From: Seleniivibrio woodruffii
GTDB lineage: Bacteria; Chrysiogenota; Deferribacteres; Deferribacterales; Geovibrionaceae
Direction of reading: 5' to 3'
NCBI RefSeq assembly: GCF_004339245.1
Contig: NZ_SMGG01000003.1
Location: 87,106 to 151,105, forward strand
DNA: 64,000 nucleotides
The translations under genes were made by a program, and so were the position numbers. The notes beneath the pieces are model-generated. The model ran no database searches. It saw only the letters and a list, made by a program, of their open reading frames with translations, and had not been told where the DNA came from. Of the stretch, positions 1 to 9,459 are shown piece by piece; position 1 is the stretch's first letter; each line of letters opens with the position of its first letter.

Positions 1-342
1 GATCCACACAAGGTGGGAAGCGACACGCGACATCTCGGCAAGGATAACACGAAGATATTCCGCTCTTTCGGGGATCTTAACATCGAAAAACTTCTCTACT
101 GCCAGGCAGTAGGCAAGGTTATTTGAAAGAGGTGAAAGGTAGTCCAGTCTGTCCGTAAGCGGAATAATCTGGTGGTAAGTCCTGTTTTCGGCCAGCTTTT
201 CCGTGCCTCTGTGGAGGAAGCCCACATCGGGTTCCACATTGACGATGGTTTCGCCGTCGATGTCTACGATGAGCCTGAGAACCCCGTGTGTTGAGGGGTG
301 CTGCGGACCCATGTTGACGGTAATTACTTCTGAAATGTTATT
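1..342 (-). CDS. nuoD: NADH-quinone oxidoreductase subunit D, N-terminal part (gene continues past window start)
   Basis: Reverse translation from ATG at 342 gives [27 protein letters not shown]..., the conserved NuoD N-terminus. It is not in the supplied ORF track because it is truncated by the window edge. Confidence 0.85.
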
Positions 343-360
343 ATTAATCATGTTCAGTTC

Positions 361-858
361 CTACCTTGAAAACTTAATGCCGAGACCCTGCTCGTCAGCG
401 TTGTTGAACCAGGCTCTCTCTTTAAGCGGGAAGTCTTTTCTAAGGGGGTGTCCCTCGAAGAATTCGGGCAGAAGCACCCTTTTCAGGTTGGGGTGACCCT
501 CGAAAACAACGCCCACAAGGTCATACTGCTCCCTTTCCATCAGGTTGGCACCGGGCCAGATATCCACAATGGAGGGGAACCTGTTTTCTTCGCCGGCCAC
601 TTTAACGAAGACACGCAGCTTGTTCTGAATTGAGAACAGGTTGATTGTAACTTCGAATTTTTCGCGTTTTTTGGGCCAGTGAACTGCGACTACATCAACG
701 ATGTACTTGAAGGAGGCTTCGTCCCTTAAAGCAGTTAAAACCGCTTTGTAAGCGGCTGCGTCCTTCACTTTTATGAAGTTGCACTTGAACTCCGTATAGC
801 AGTTCAGCTTTTCGGGGAACAGTGCATCCAGTTTGGCTGAAAGCTGTTCAAATGTCAT
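361..858 (-). CDS. nuoC: NADH-quinone oxidoreductase subunit C
   Basis: 165-aa ORF at the size and position of NuoC, lying between nuoB and nuoD. Confidence 0.85.
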   Translation of the reverse strand: MTFEQLSAKLDALFPEKLNCYTEFKCNFIKVKDAAAYKAVLTALRDEASFKYIVDVVAVHWPKKREKFEVTINLFSIQNKLRVFVKVAGEENRFPSIVDIWPGANLMEREQYDLVGVVFEGHPNLKRVLLPEFFEGHPLRKDFPLKERAWFNNADEQGLGIKFSR

Positions 859-869
859 TTTCTGCCTCC

Positions 870-1346
870 TTACTTTCTTACGACTTTTTCAGTCATGATT
901 TTTTGCTGGAGAGCAACAATGGCATCGAAGAAAGCCTCGGGTCTGGGGGGACAACCGGGAACATAGAAATCCACCGGCACAACCTCGTCAACACCCTGAA
1001 CTGTTGAATAGGTGTTGTAGATGCCGCCGCTGGTTGCGCAGCTTCCGATGGCGATGACCCATTTGGGTTCCGGCATCTGGAGATACACCTTTCTGACGAC
1101 AGGCGCCATTTTTCTGGTAACGGTTCCAGCTACAAGCATCAGGTCGGACTGACGGGGAGTAGCACGGAAAATGATACCCATCCTGTCAAAGTCGAACTTG
1201 GCCGCACCGCAGGCCATCATCTCGATAGCGCAGCAGGCAAGACCAAAAGTCATCGGCCAGATGGAGCCTTTTCTACAATAGTTGATAACGCTGTCAACTG
1301 TCGTAGTAAGCACGTTGTCGGGTAATTTTCTGTCAATTAAGCCCAT
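870..1346 (-). CDS. nuoB: NADH-quinone oxidoreductase subunit B (20 kDa, Fe-S)
   Basis: Contains the [19 protein letters not shown] and PGCPPRPE motifs. I chose the second ATG at 1346 because it is preceded by a perfect AAGGAG Shine-Dalgarno at 7-nt spacing; the first ATG at 1367 would overlap nuoA by 31 nt. Confidence 0.88.
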   Translation of the reverse strand: MGLIDRKLPDNVLTTTVDSVINYCRKGSIWPMTFGLACCAIEMMACGAAKFDFDRMGIIFRATPRQSDLMLVAGTVTRKMAPVVRKVYLQMPEPKWVIAIGSCATSGGIYNTYSTVQGVDEVVPVDFYVPGCPPRPEAFFDAIVALQQKIMTEKVVRK

Positions 1347-1690
1347 TCTAACGCTCCTTTCTGCCATGCGTAAAAATAGCCGAAGACAAGGATTACGATG
1401 AACAGAATCATTTCGATGAGACCGAACAGCCCGATCATGTCAAAGGCTACGGCCCAGGGATAGAGAAACACTGTCTCCACATCAAAAATAACGAACAGCA
1501 TAGCGATTATGTAGAACCTTACGTTCAGACGCTTCCTGTTCTCATCCAGCGAGGGCATTCCGCACTCATATACGCTGAATTTGACCTTTTCGTATTTCTT
1601 AGGGCGGACAATCGCTCCAACGAACATAACAATCACGCCGAGCGCACCGGCCACAAGAAGGAAAAGCACTATAGGCAAATATCCACTCAT
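1337..1690 (-). CDS. nuoA: NADH-quinone oxidoreductase subunit A
   Basis: 117-aa protein with three TM segments and the NuoA-like motif [12 protein letters not shown]. It heads the nuoABCD gene order. Confidence 0.85.
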   Translation of the reverse strand: MSGYLPIVLFLLVAGALGVIVMFVGAIVRPKKYEKVKFSVYECGMPSLDENRKRLNVRFYIIAMLFVIFDVETVFLYPWAVAFDMIGLFGLIEMILFIVILVFGYFYAWQKGALEWA

Positions 1691-1841
1691 ACCTCACCTC
1701 TGTATTTTGTATACAGTATGCAGGTTCTATCATGAAGCTGTAAAGGTGTCAACAAGAAACATCGTTTTAGGACTAAATGCAGACAGGGTTTTGAGGCACT
1801 TTTGCGGTATCCCGCCATAGGAGCGGGAGTTCAGAATAATA

Positions 1842-2738
1842 CTACCGTTCCAGTATGGTTATCAAAGCGGCCATATCCTCCGGAATGTGCGATAGAAAAG
1901 ACTTCTGAGTGTTATCGAAAGGATCTATAAAGGACAGATGCCACGAATGCAGAGCCTGCCTGCTGATGGGCATCGCAGTGGAAATTCTGTTTCCATATAC
2001 GCAGTCCCCTGCCAGAGGATACCCCAGATGGGACATGTGAACCCGTATCTGATGAGTGCGTCCGGTGTATATTTTCACCTCTGCCAGAAACGCCCCTTTC
2101 AACAATTTTAGAACAGTGATTTCACTTTTAGCGTACTTGCCCCCATCCTCTACAGCCATCTTTTTTCGGTCTTTTCTGCTCCTTCCGATGGGAAATTCCG
2201 CTATAAAATTCATTTTTTTAGGAACACCTGCGCAGACGGCAAGGTATTTTTTATCCACTGTTCTATCAGCGAACATCCTTGACAGTTTCTCCCTCGCCTC
2301 TCTGTTCTTCGCCACCAGCAGAAGACCCGACGTATCCTTGTCCAGCCTGTGCACAATGCCCGGCCTGACGTCGTTATCGTCTTTGATATCAAACTGATGG
2401 AGCAGTCCGTTCACAATGGTGTCGGCTCCGGTTCCGTGTGCGGGATGCACTGTCACTCCGGCGGGCTTGTCTATGACCGCATAGTGCTCGCACTCGTAGA
2501 CAACCTTAAGATTCATCTCCACGGGGGTCATATCCGGCATTTTCTCAGGCGGAATGACTACCGATATATCATCACCCGCCTTCACCTTATACTTCTTCTC
2601 ACGGGGGGAACCGTTCACTGTGACCTGCCCATCAGCTATCAGCTTCTCCGCATGGGAGCGTGAGATATCCGAATTTGACGCTATGAACGCATCCAGTCTT
2701 TCGCCGGAGATTTCCGCTTTCAGGTTTATGGTTTTCAC
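1842..2738 (-). CDS. rluD: RluA-family 23S rRNA pseudouridine synthase (RluD-like) with N-terminal S4 domain
   Basis: HRLDKDTSGLLLVAKN catalytic motif, an S4-like N-terminus, and 298 aa length. Confidence 0.8.
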   Translation of the reverse strand: MKTINLKAEISGERLDAFIASNSDISRSHAEKLIADGQVTVNGSPREKKYKVKAGDDISVVIPPEKMPDMTPVEMNLKVVYECEHYAVIDKPAGVTVHPAHGTGADTIVNGLLHQFDIKDDNDVRPGIVHRLDKDTSGLLLVAKNREAREKLSRMFADRTVDKKYLAVCAGVPKKMNFIAEFPIGRSRKDRKKMAVEDGGKYAKSEITVLKLLKGAFLAEVKIYTGRTHQIRVHMSHLGYPLAGDCVYGNRISTAMPISRQALHSWHLSFIDPFDNTQKSFLSHIPEDMAALITILER

Positions 2739-3742
2739 TGCTTCTTTGCCTCTTTCATTATGCTTTTGGCACGTTCCGCAGTGTCCGGATGGGTCGAGAT
2801 ATAGGCGGGGATCTTTCCGCCCTGCCTTTCGCCGCTCAGCCTGTTCAGCATATCCGCAAAACTTTTAACCGGCATATTCAGCTGTTTCATCCGCTCTATT
2901 GCAAAACTGTCCGCATCCCTTTCGAAATCACGGGAATATTTCGCCTGCATCAGAAACGAGGGGATGCCCACCGTCAGGGATGAAATGTCGCCAGTCACAA
3001 AAACTGCCGCCGCCGAAATGACGGAGTTCTGAAGCAGAGTCCTCAACCCGTGGCGATGGATTATATGCCCCAGTTCATGGGCAAAGACCGAAGCAAGTTC
3101 ATTGTCATTCTTTGCCAGATGCACCAGTTCGTCCGTTACGATTATGTTTCCGTCCGGCAGTGCGATGGCATTTGAGCCGAGTTTTCCTCCCGTACGGAAC
3201 ACCAGTTTATATTCAAGGTCTCTCGGCAGACCTTCGGATATCTTCATCAGCAGTATGTCAAGCTCACGCCGCCTTTCGGAGGTCAGAGCCGTGGGTTTGA
3301 AGAGCTGTTTATCCAGCATATCTATCGTGCCCTTGCTTATCATCCTGTTGGTCTCCGCCGGAAGAGCGTATGCCGCCGCCTTGGCAAGCAGCGGAACACC
3401 ATAAAAGAAGAGAGCAGCACCCAGCATCACGGTGAAAGCCAGAGCCGCAAGCACATACCGCCATTTCCTTTCAAGCATCAGCACGAAAGTCTCCCTTGTG
3501 TCGTACTCCAGGACTTTCAGTATAGCGGCAACCTCTTCAGTTTCAAAGGTTTCGCAGGAGGAGCCGTCAGGAAAGAACATGTGACTGGGCGCACTGCCGA
3601 TACCTCTGCGGAATTTTATTTCAGTCAGAGGATATTCCCGTTGAAATTCATCATTCTTTATAACCAGTCTGCTGCCTGCTGCCTCGGCATAAGCCTCGGT
3701 GCGGCCGGAGCTGTTTGAACCGTAATAATATACCTTAAACAT
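2735..3742 (-). CDS. M48-family zinc metallopeptidase
   Basis: HELGHIIHRHG (HEXXH) motif, an internal TM segment, and an N-terminal extra domain. Its start overlaps the DUF898 stop (TGATG) and its stop overlaps the rluD start (ATGA). Confidence 0.75.
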   Translation of the reverse strand: MFKVYYYGSNSSGRTEAYAEAAGSRLVIKNDEFQREYPLTEIKFRRGIGSAPSHMFFPDGSSCETFETEEVAAILKVLEYDTRETFVLMLERKWRYVLAALAFTVMLGAALFFYGVPLLAKAAAYALPAETNRMISKGTIDMLDKQLFKPTALTSERRRELDILLMKISEGLPRDLEYKLVFRTGGKLGSNAIALPDGNIIVTDELVHLAKNDNELASVFAHELGHIIHRHGLRTLLQNSVISAAAVFVTGDISSLTVGIPSFLMQAKYSRDFERDADSFAIERMKQLNMPVKSFADMLNRLSGERQGGKIPAYISTHPDTAERAKSIMKEAKKQ

Positions 3743-4728
3743 CAGAGCCCCATTTCCACATCGAATATATCGCTGAACTCCTCGCCCAGAGCACCGACCT
3801 GATTCACCTGAATACCCACAAAGGAATCAAGATTTCCGGTCGTCTGAATGGAGATATTCTCAAGCCTGTATCTTGCCGTGCGCACCATTGCCCATGGAGC
3901 AAGCAGACCGAGGGTAAAGACTATTGCAAGGTAGTTTGTCACGTTGATGATCATATAGTCAGTTGTGCGCATGGTGCTTCGGAAACTGATGTCACGCAGA
4001 CGCATGCAGTCCAGAACGTAGTTGGTCTGGGAAACGTAGATATAAGCCATTACTATTGAGAACGCCGCAATCCATATGAATATGGCAACGAAGGGAACCA
4101 TCATGCTGAGCCCCACGCCCACGAGAACCAGCACTCCGCCAAGAACCGCCGCCATTATATAAAAGGTGTAGAACATACCTGCGCCTCCGTTGAAGCTGAA
4201 ATGCTGGAGACCGTATCTGCTGTTCTCAACGATATGCTTTTTGATGCGGTACATGTAATAAGGAAAAAGAAGTCCCAGCGTCAGTGCCGAAAGGACACCG
4301 AGCAGGATAAATACATTAAAGGTTTTCCAGTAGGTAGAGTTGAAATCGAACCGCACGTTCCGATAGCAGGAGTTCACCGCATTAAATTTCAGCGACTTAT
4401 TTATAATGTAAGGCATAACGAAGAAAACAGCCACGATAAGAACCCCGCCAAGCACAGGGGAAACGTTCGCAAGAGCCGCACCCGCCGCATAAAGGCCGTA
4501 TACTATCACCCTGCTCAGAAGGATCCGCTTAGGGTCGGCCAGATATTCGAAACTGGAGCCGTCCAGAGTGGTGCACCCGTAAAAATACCTTTTGCGGCGA
4601 ACCTTTGCCCATGCGGAATAGATTCCGAAGGTAACTATCGTCAGCAGGATGTTTATGCTCCATATCCTGAAATATTCCGCCCCTTTTCCTGAAAATCTGA
4701 ATCGGTACTGGTTGTATGTATTTTCCAT
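3742..4728 (-). CDS. DUF898/YjgN-family polytopic membrane protein
   Basis: N-terminus FRFSGKGAEYFRIWSINILLTIVTFGIYSAWAKVRRKRYFYGCTTLDG matches the DUF898 signature. Multiple TM helices. Confidence 0.7.
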   Translation of the reverse strand: MENTYNQYRFRFSGKGAEYFRIWSINILLTIVTFGIYSAWAKVRRKRYFYGCTTLDGSSFEYLADPKRILLSRVIVYGLYAAGAALANVSPVLGGVLIVAVFFVMPYIINKSLKFNAVNSCYRNVRFDFNSTYWKTFNVFILLGVLSALTLGLLFPYYMYRIKKHIVENSRYGLQHFSFNGGAGMFYTFYIMAAVLGGVLVLVGVGLSMMVPFVAIFIWIAAFSIVMAYIYVSQTNYVLDCMRLRDISFRSTMRTTDYMIINVTNYLAIVFTLGLLAPWAMVRTARYRLENISIQTTGNLDSFVGIQVNQVGALGEEFSDIFDVEMGL

Positions 4729-4900
4729 TTTATCACCTTTGAAAACAGAATAGCAGAAGGGGACACCTTTTCAAGTTTATTATGATTGGCAGCCCCTGAC
4801 GTGTTTATCAATAATATAAAAACGTCTTCGCGAACCCCAAAGGGGTGCGGCGATCTTCCACGCTCAGATTAACCTGAACATCCCGTATGCTGACGTGGCA

Positions 4901-4933
4901 GACTGCTTCGTCACTATGTTCCTCGCAGAGACG
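4901..4933. repeat. Dispersed intergenic repeat, copy R1 (GACTGCTTCGTC-N8-TCCTCGCAGAGACG)
   Basis: 29/33 identical to the copy at 30566..30598. Lies in the divergent intergenic region upstream of rpsF. Confidence 0.7.
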
Positions 4934-5062
4934 TCTGGCTCACAATCTTCGGCTCAGGCAACAAACATCATTGACATTTCAATCCCGTCCTGTTAAAAGA
5001 CTCAACCACCTTTGTTGCGCATACTATAAGTGCGTGACTACATAATCCATAAAGGAGGATAC

Positions 5063-5512
5063 ATGAACACTTACGAAACCGTATTCATCGTCCGCCCTGA
5101 TCTCCAGCAGGAAGAGATCGAGAAAGAGCTTGAGTTCTTTAAGAACAACATCGAGCAGAACGGCGGCAAAATCATCAAAGTTGAGCCCTGGGGCAGAGTT
5201 ACTATGGCATACGCCATCGAAAACTACGCTGAAGGCTACTACTTCCTTATCCAGTTCGAGGCATCTTTCGAATATCCCGAAGAGCTTACCAAGCGTTTCC
5301 GTTACAACGAAAACGTGCTCAGATTCGTTGTTGTTGCCATCGACGACAAGAAATTCAAACTGAACCCCAGAAAAGACACAGGCGCAAAACGCTACGTCAA
5401 GAAACCCGGCGCAAGAAAGCCCCGTGAGGGTGAAGAGGGCGAAGAGTTCGCTCCCGAAGCCGGCGAAGAGTTCGCAGCAGGCGAAGAAACAACCGAAGAC
5501 TCAGCGGAATAA
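5063..5512 (+). CDS. rpsF: 30S ribosomal protein S6 with acidic C-terminal tail
   Basis: AAAGGAGG Shine-Dalgarno 6 nt before the ATG at 5063. MNTYETVFIVRPD... is a typical S6 N-terminus and the C-terminus is Glu-rich. Confidence 0.9.
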   Translation: MNTYETVFIVRPDLQQEEIEKELEFFKNNIEQNGGKIIKVEPWGRVTMAYAIENYAEGYYFLIQFEASFEYPEELTKRFRYNENVLRFVVVAIDDKKFKLNPRKDTGAKRYVKKPGARKPREGEEGEEFAPEAGEEFAAGEETTEDSAE

Positions 5513-5530
5513 TTTCGCAGGAGATACACT

Positions 5531-5929
5531 ATGGGTTTCCTTAATAAAGTCATGCTTCTCGGCAATGTTACACGCAACCCCGAAGTTCGGTTCATCCCGG
5601 GACGTGACCTGCCCGTGGCCAAATTCGGCCTGGCAGTCACAACAAGGAAAACAAAAGACAAGGAAGAAACCTGTTTCATCGACATCACGGTTTTCGGCAA
5701 AACAGCCGAAATGTGCGGCGAATATGTCACTAAAGGCATGCCGCTGCTCGTCGAGGGCAGGCTTCAGTACAGCACGTGGGAAACTGACGGCCAGAAGCGT
5801 TCCAAGCATGAGGTGGTCGCCGAAAACATCCAGTTTGTATCCAGAAAGGACAAATCGGATTACGGCTCAGGAAACGCTTTCGATGAACCCGTATCAGGTT
5901 CTCTCGATGAAGATGATATCCCATTTTAA
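5531..5929 (+). CDS. ssb: Single-stranded DNA-binding protein
   Basis: OB-fold sequence ending in the C-terminal DDIPF motif. Sits between rpsF and rpsR. Confidence 0.88.
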   Translation: MGFLNKVMLLGNVTRNPEVRFIPGRDLPVAKFGLAVTTRKTKDKEETCFIDITVFGKTAEMCGEYVTKGMPLLVEGRLQYSTWETDGQKRSKHEVVAENIQFVSRKDKSDYGSGNAFDEPVSGSLDEDDIPF

Positions 5930-5941
5930 GGAGGAAAACAA

Positions 5942-6172
5942 ATGGCTGTTGTTAGACGCAAGTTCCAGCGCAGAAAAGTTTGCAAATTCTGCACAGAAGC
6001 TATAGATATCGATTACAAAGATGTAAAGCTGCTCCGCCAGTATGTAACTGAGCGCGGCAAAATTATGCCCCGCAGACTTACAGGCACATGTGCAAAACAC
6101 CAGAGAGCTCTTTCCATAGCTGTTAAGACTGCCAGAGTGATCGCTCTGCTGCCTTTCAGCCTCAATAGATAA
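5942..6172 (+). CDS. rpsR: 30S ribosomal protein S18
   Basis: 76-aa protein containing [12 protein letters not shown] and [11 protein letters not shown]. Confidence 0.92.
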   Translation: MAVVRRKFQRRKVCKFCTEAIDIDYKDVKLLRQYVTERGKIMPRRLTGTCAKHQRALSIAVKTARVIALLPFSLNR

Positions 6173-6181
6173 TTAAAGGAA

Positions 6182-6210
6182 GGGGAGGCAAACACCTCCC
6201 CTTATTTTTT
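6182..6210 (+). terminator. Rho-independent terminator after rpsR
   Basis: GGGGAGG-caaaca-CCTCCCC stem followed by a TTATTTTTT run. The run abuts the ATG of the next ORF. Confidence 0.7.
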
Positions 6211-7119
6211 ATGACACAGGTTATTCTATTTCCAATCACTTCAGTTTTACTCTACGGTCTGATGGCCTACATGCCGCAGTTCGGCATTGTCGGCGCAGTT
6301 TTCAGCCCTCTTCTTCTGCTTTTATATCTCAACCATGAGAAAAGGAGCAAATACTCCGACCTGATGCTGGTTTCAGCAGTGGGGCTGATGGCAGGGATAA
6401 GCTATATGCTCCCCCTCATCTACATAGCCACGGTGGCCTTCTGTGCCCTGTTCATTTTTATGTACATGAAGAAAGGGCACCTTGAAATCTGGCTGCCGGT
6501 CTCGGCGGCTCCGCTTCTCATCTTCACAGGGATGGCCATAATGATCTACGGCCTGCCCGAATACAGAAAAGAACTTACCGACTTTGCCGAAAAAGGCATG
6601 CTTAATTTCATAAATGCAGTAAAAGAATCCAAGAACCCCATGGCTGATGATCCCTATTTCCTTGCGGTGGCAAACCAGAGCAGAATGGCCGCCGAGTCAA
6701 TGGTGCTGGCGTTTCCGGCGATAAACTATGCGTTCGCCGCCCTGTGCACCCACATAGCCATGAGCCTCTACTCAAAGCTGAAAAAGATAGAGCTGCCCAA
6801 GTTCCGTCTCCCCGACAATCTCGTGTGGCTGCTTATCCTCGGTTTTGCCCTTGTGTTTGTTAATCAGAAATACATAAAGCACGGCGGGCTGAACCTTATC
6901 ATAATGATGCTGACCCTTTATGCTTTTCAGGGGTTTGATGTTGTGAACCACTGGTTTACAAGATTCAAGTTCCCCTCCTTCCTCAAAGCTCTCATATTTG
7001 TCTTTATATTTGCCGAGCCTCCGTTTATAATTTTCATAGCCCTGCTTGGGCTTTTCAGTGTCTGGTTCAATCTCTACGGCAGACAGGAGAATAACAAGGA
7101 GCAGACGCCATCAGACTGA
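6211..7119 (+). CDS. DUF2232 (YybS-like) polytopic membrane protein
   Basis: Hydrophobic protein with about 8 TM segments. Position after rpsF-ssb-rpsR mirrors Bacillus rpsF-ssbA-rpsR-yybS. The start is uncertain because the first ATG lies directly after the terminator T-run and has no Shine-Dalgarno. Confidence 0.6.
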   Translation: MTQVILFPITSVLLYGLMAYMPQFGIVGAVFSPLLLLLYLNHEKRSKYSDLMLVSAVGLMAGISYMLPLIYIATVAFCALFIFMYMKKGHLEIWLPVSAAPLLIFTGMAIMIYGLPEYRKELTDFAEKGMLNFINAVKESKNPMADDPYFLAVANQSRMAAESMVLAFPAINYAFAALCTHIAMSLYSKLKKIELPKFRLPDNLVWLLILGFALVFVNQKYIKHGGLNLIIMMLTLYAFQGFDVVNHWFTRFKFPSFLKALIFVFIFAEPPFIIFIALLGLFSVWFNLYGRQENNKEQTPSD

Positions 7120-7184
7120 CAAAGCTGAATGCAACCAAGGTATCAATTAGCACTGCGGTTTTTCTGGCGGTTTTCAAAGCAGGC

Positions 7185-8048
7185 GTGGGAATATGGTCGG
7201 GTTCGCTGGCTGTTCTGTCCTCCGCTTTCGATTCTCTGCTGGACATAATCTCTTCAACAGTCAACTTCTATGCTATCCGCCTGTCAATGCTCCCTCCGGA
7301 CGAAAACCACCCGTACGGACATAACAAGTTCGAGCCTCTGGCAGCTCAGATCCAATCATTCATCATACTTTTCTCAGGGGTTTACATTCTCTATAAGGCA
7401 TACATGAACTTCCACTCCAATGTCGAAATCAAGGCAATGGGGGTCAACATAGCGGTCATGGCGGTGAGTATCTGCATTACAGCCTCTCTGGTGTACTTCC
7501 TGAAGTATGCAGCAACAAAACTTAAATCATCAGTGCTTTATGCCGACAGCCTCCACTACAAGACAGACCTGCTCAGCGGAGCGGGCATTCTTGTGGCTCT
7601 GGTGATAATAAAATTTACAGGTTTGTACGTAATAGACTCTATTGTCAGTGCCGTAATTGCAGTGTATATTATCGTTTCTGCTCTGAAACTGAACTTTCAG
7701 GTCACAAGAGAGCTCTTGGATGAGACACTTCCGGAAGAGGACATGCAGATAATCAACAGTGTGCTGGACAGGCACAAGGTCGAAATTGTCGATGTCCACA
7801 AGCTGCGCACCAGAAGCGCAGGCAGCCGCAAGTTCATAGACATGCACCTTGTGCTGTTCCACAGCCTGAGCCTTCAGGACGGAAATGACATCCGCAAGGA
7901 TATCGAAAAAAGGATAAAAGCGGGCATCAAAGATGCCGACGTGAATATATACATTGAACCGTGCGATCCGGAACACTGCGAAACCTGCCGTGTTTGCGGC
8001 GAACAGGACGGTTCGGAACCTGAACACGCTGATATTAAAAACAAATAA
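7185..8048 (+). CDS. Cation diffusion facilitator family transporter (CzcD/FieF-like); N-terminus probably extends upstream
   Basis: CDF TM core and C-terminal cytoplasmic domain are present. The ORF as given starts at GTG 7185 inside TM1, and the in-frame upstream region from 7095 has no ATG/GTG/TTG. Confidence 0.7.
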   Translation: MGIWSGSLAVLSSAFDSLLDIISSTVNFYAIRLSMLPPDENHPYGHNKFEPLAAQIQSFIILFSGVYILYKAYMNFHSNVEIKAMGVNIAVMAVSICITASLVYFLKYAATKLKSSVLYADSLHYKTDLLSGAGILVALVIIKFTGLYVIDSIVSAVIAVYIIVSALKLNFQVTRELLDETLPEEDMQIINSVLDRHKVEIVDVHKLRTRSAGSRKFIDMHLVLFHSLSLQDGNDIRKDIEKRIKAGIKDADVNIYIEPCDPEHCETCRVCGEQDGSEPEHADIKNK

Positions 8049-8073
8049 ATTATTAACTCAGGGAGTAACAAGA

Positions 8074-9303
8074 ATGAGCTTATTCATGGAGAATTTAATT
8101 TCGAACAGACTCGGCGGAAAGATGTTCGGAAAAGACACCACAATCTACAAGTTTGAAAAGATCAAACGCGCCAAAAGAGCCGCTATTCAGGAAAACCCCG
8201 GCGTTGAGCTTATCGACATGGGTGTCGGCGAACCCGATGCTATGGCTCACGATGAGGTTGTGAAAGTTCTTCAGCTCGAAGCCACTAAGAAGGAGAACAG
8301 ATTCTATTCCGACAACGGCATAGACGAGTTCAAGCAGTCGGCGGCAAGCTATATGCAGAAACGTTTCGGCGTAACCCTTGACCCTGCAACACAGGTCAAC
8401 CACTGCATCGGTTCAAAACCTGCTCTGGCTCTGCTTCCCATAGCTCTCATCAACCCCGGCGACGTGGCTCTGATGACAGTTCCCGGCTACCCTGTTTCAG
8501 GCACTACAACGAAATATCTCGGCGGAGAGGTTTATAACCTTCCCCTGCTTCATGAGAACAACTTCCTCCCCGTTCTGGACAGCATACCCGCTGACATCCT
8601 GAAAAGAGCGAAGTTCCTCTACATCAACTACCCCAACAACCCCACAGGCGCAGTGGCCACTAAGGAGTTCTACGAGAAGGTAGTTAAATTTGCCAAAGAG
8701 AACGACATAGCCGTTATCTCCGATGCGGCCTACATCGAACTTTCATACGGCGACGAGCCCCTCTCATTCCTCAGCGTTGAAGGCGCAATGGAAGTGGGCA
8801 TAGAGATCCACTCTCTGTCCAAGTCATACAACATGACAGGCTGGCGCCTGGGCTTTGTGTGCGGAAACGAGCACCTTGTAAAAGCCTTCGCAACAGTTAA
8901 GGACAACAACGACTCAGGCCAGTTCATCCCGATTCAGAAAGCTGGCTGCTACTGCCTCGACAACCCCAAACTTATCGAACACACCAAAGCGAAATATGCA
9001 CGCAGACTGAACATGCTGGCAAAAGTGCTCCGCACTCACGGTTTCACCGTTAACGAGCCCAAAGGCACTTTCTACCTCTACTTCGGAATCCCCAAGGCCA
9101 CAGTTTCCGGCCGCAAGTTCGAAAACGCAGAACAGTTCTGTGACTTCCTCATCAGAGAGAAGCTCATCTCCTCTGTTCCGTGGGATGATGCGGGCAACTT
9201 CCTCCGCTTCTCAGTAACTTTCGATGCCCCCACTGTTGAGGCCGAAGAAAGAATTGCGAAGATCATTGATGAAAGACTCAGCACAGAAAAATATATTTTC
9301 TGA
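8074..9303 (+). CDS. PLP-dependent class I aminotransferase, LL-diaminopimelate aminotransferase (DapL)-like
   Basis: GGAG Shine-Dalgarno 8 nt before ATG 8074. Motifs YKFEKIKRAKRAAIQENPGVELIDMGVGEPD and SKSYNMTGWRLG (PLP lysine). Confidence 0.7.
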   Translation: MSLFMENLISNRLGGKMFGKDTTIYKFEKIKRAKRAAIQENPGVELIDMGVGEPDAMAHDEVVKVLQLEATKKENRFYSDNGIDEFKQSAASYMQKRFGVTLDPATQVNHCIGSKPALALLPIALINPGDVALMTVPGYPVSGTTTKYLGGEVYNLPLLHENNFLPVLDSIPADILKRAKFLYINYPNNPTGAVATKEFYEKVVKFAKENDIAVISDAAYIELSYGDEPLSFLSVEGAMEVGIEIHSLSKSYNMTGWRLGFVCGNEHLVKAFATVKDNNDSGQFIPIQKAGCYCLDNPKLIEHTKAKYARRLNMLAKVLRTHGFTVNEPKGTFYLYFGIPKATVSGRKFENAEQFCDFLIREKLISSVPWDDAGNFLRFSVTFDAPTVEAEERIAKIIDERLSTEKYIF

Positions 9304-9337
9304 TGTCTGCCGCAGAATAACAGATTTATGAACATGA

Positions 9338-9368
9338 GGCTCCGCTTAAAGCGGAGCCTTTTTTATTT
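9338..9368 (+). terminator. Rho-independent terminator
   Basis: GGCTCCGC-ttaaa-GCGGAGCC stem followed by a TTTTTTATTT run. Confidence 0.8.
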
Positions 9369-9459
9369 GCACGATGACGGTTTCGGCACAGAATCTGATT
9401 GCAGGTGCACTTTATCTGTCAGCCTCTGGAGGTTATGATAGCCCCTAAAGGAGGCAGAC

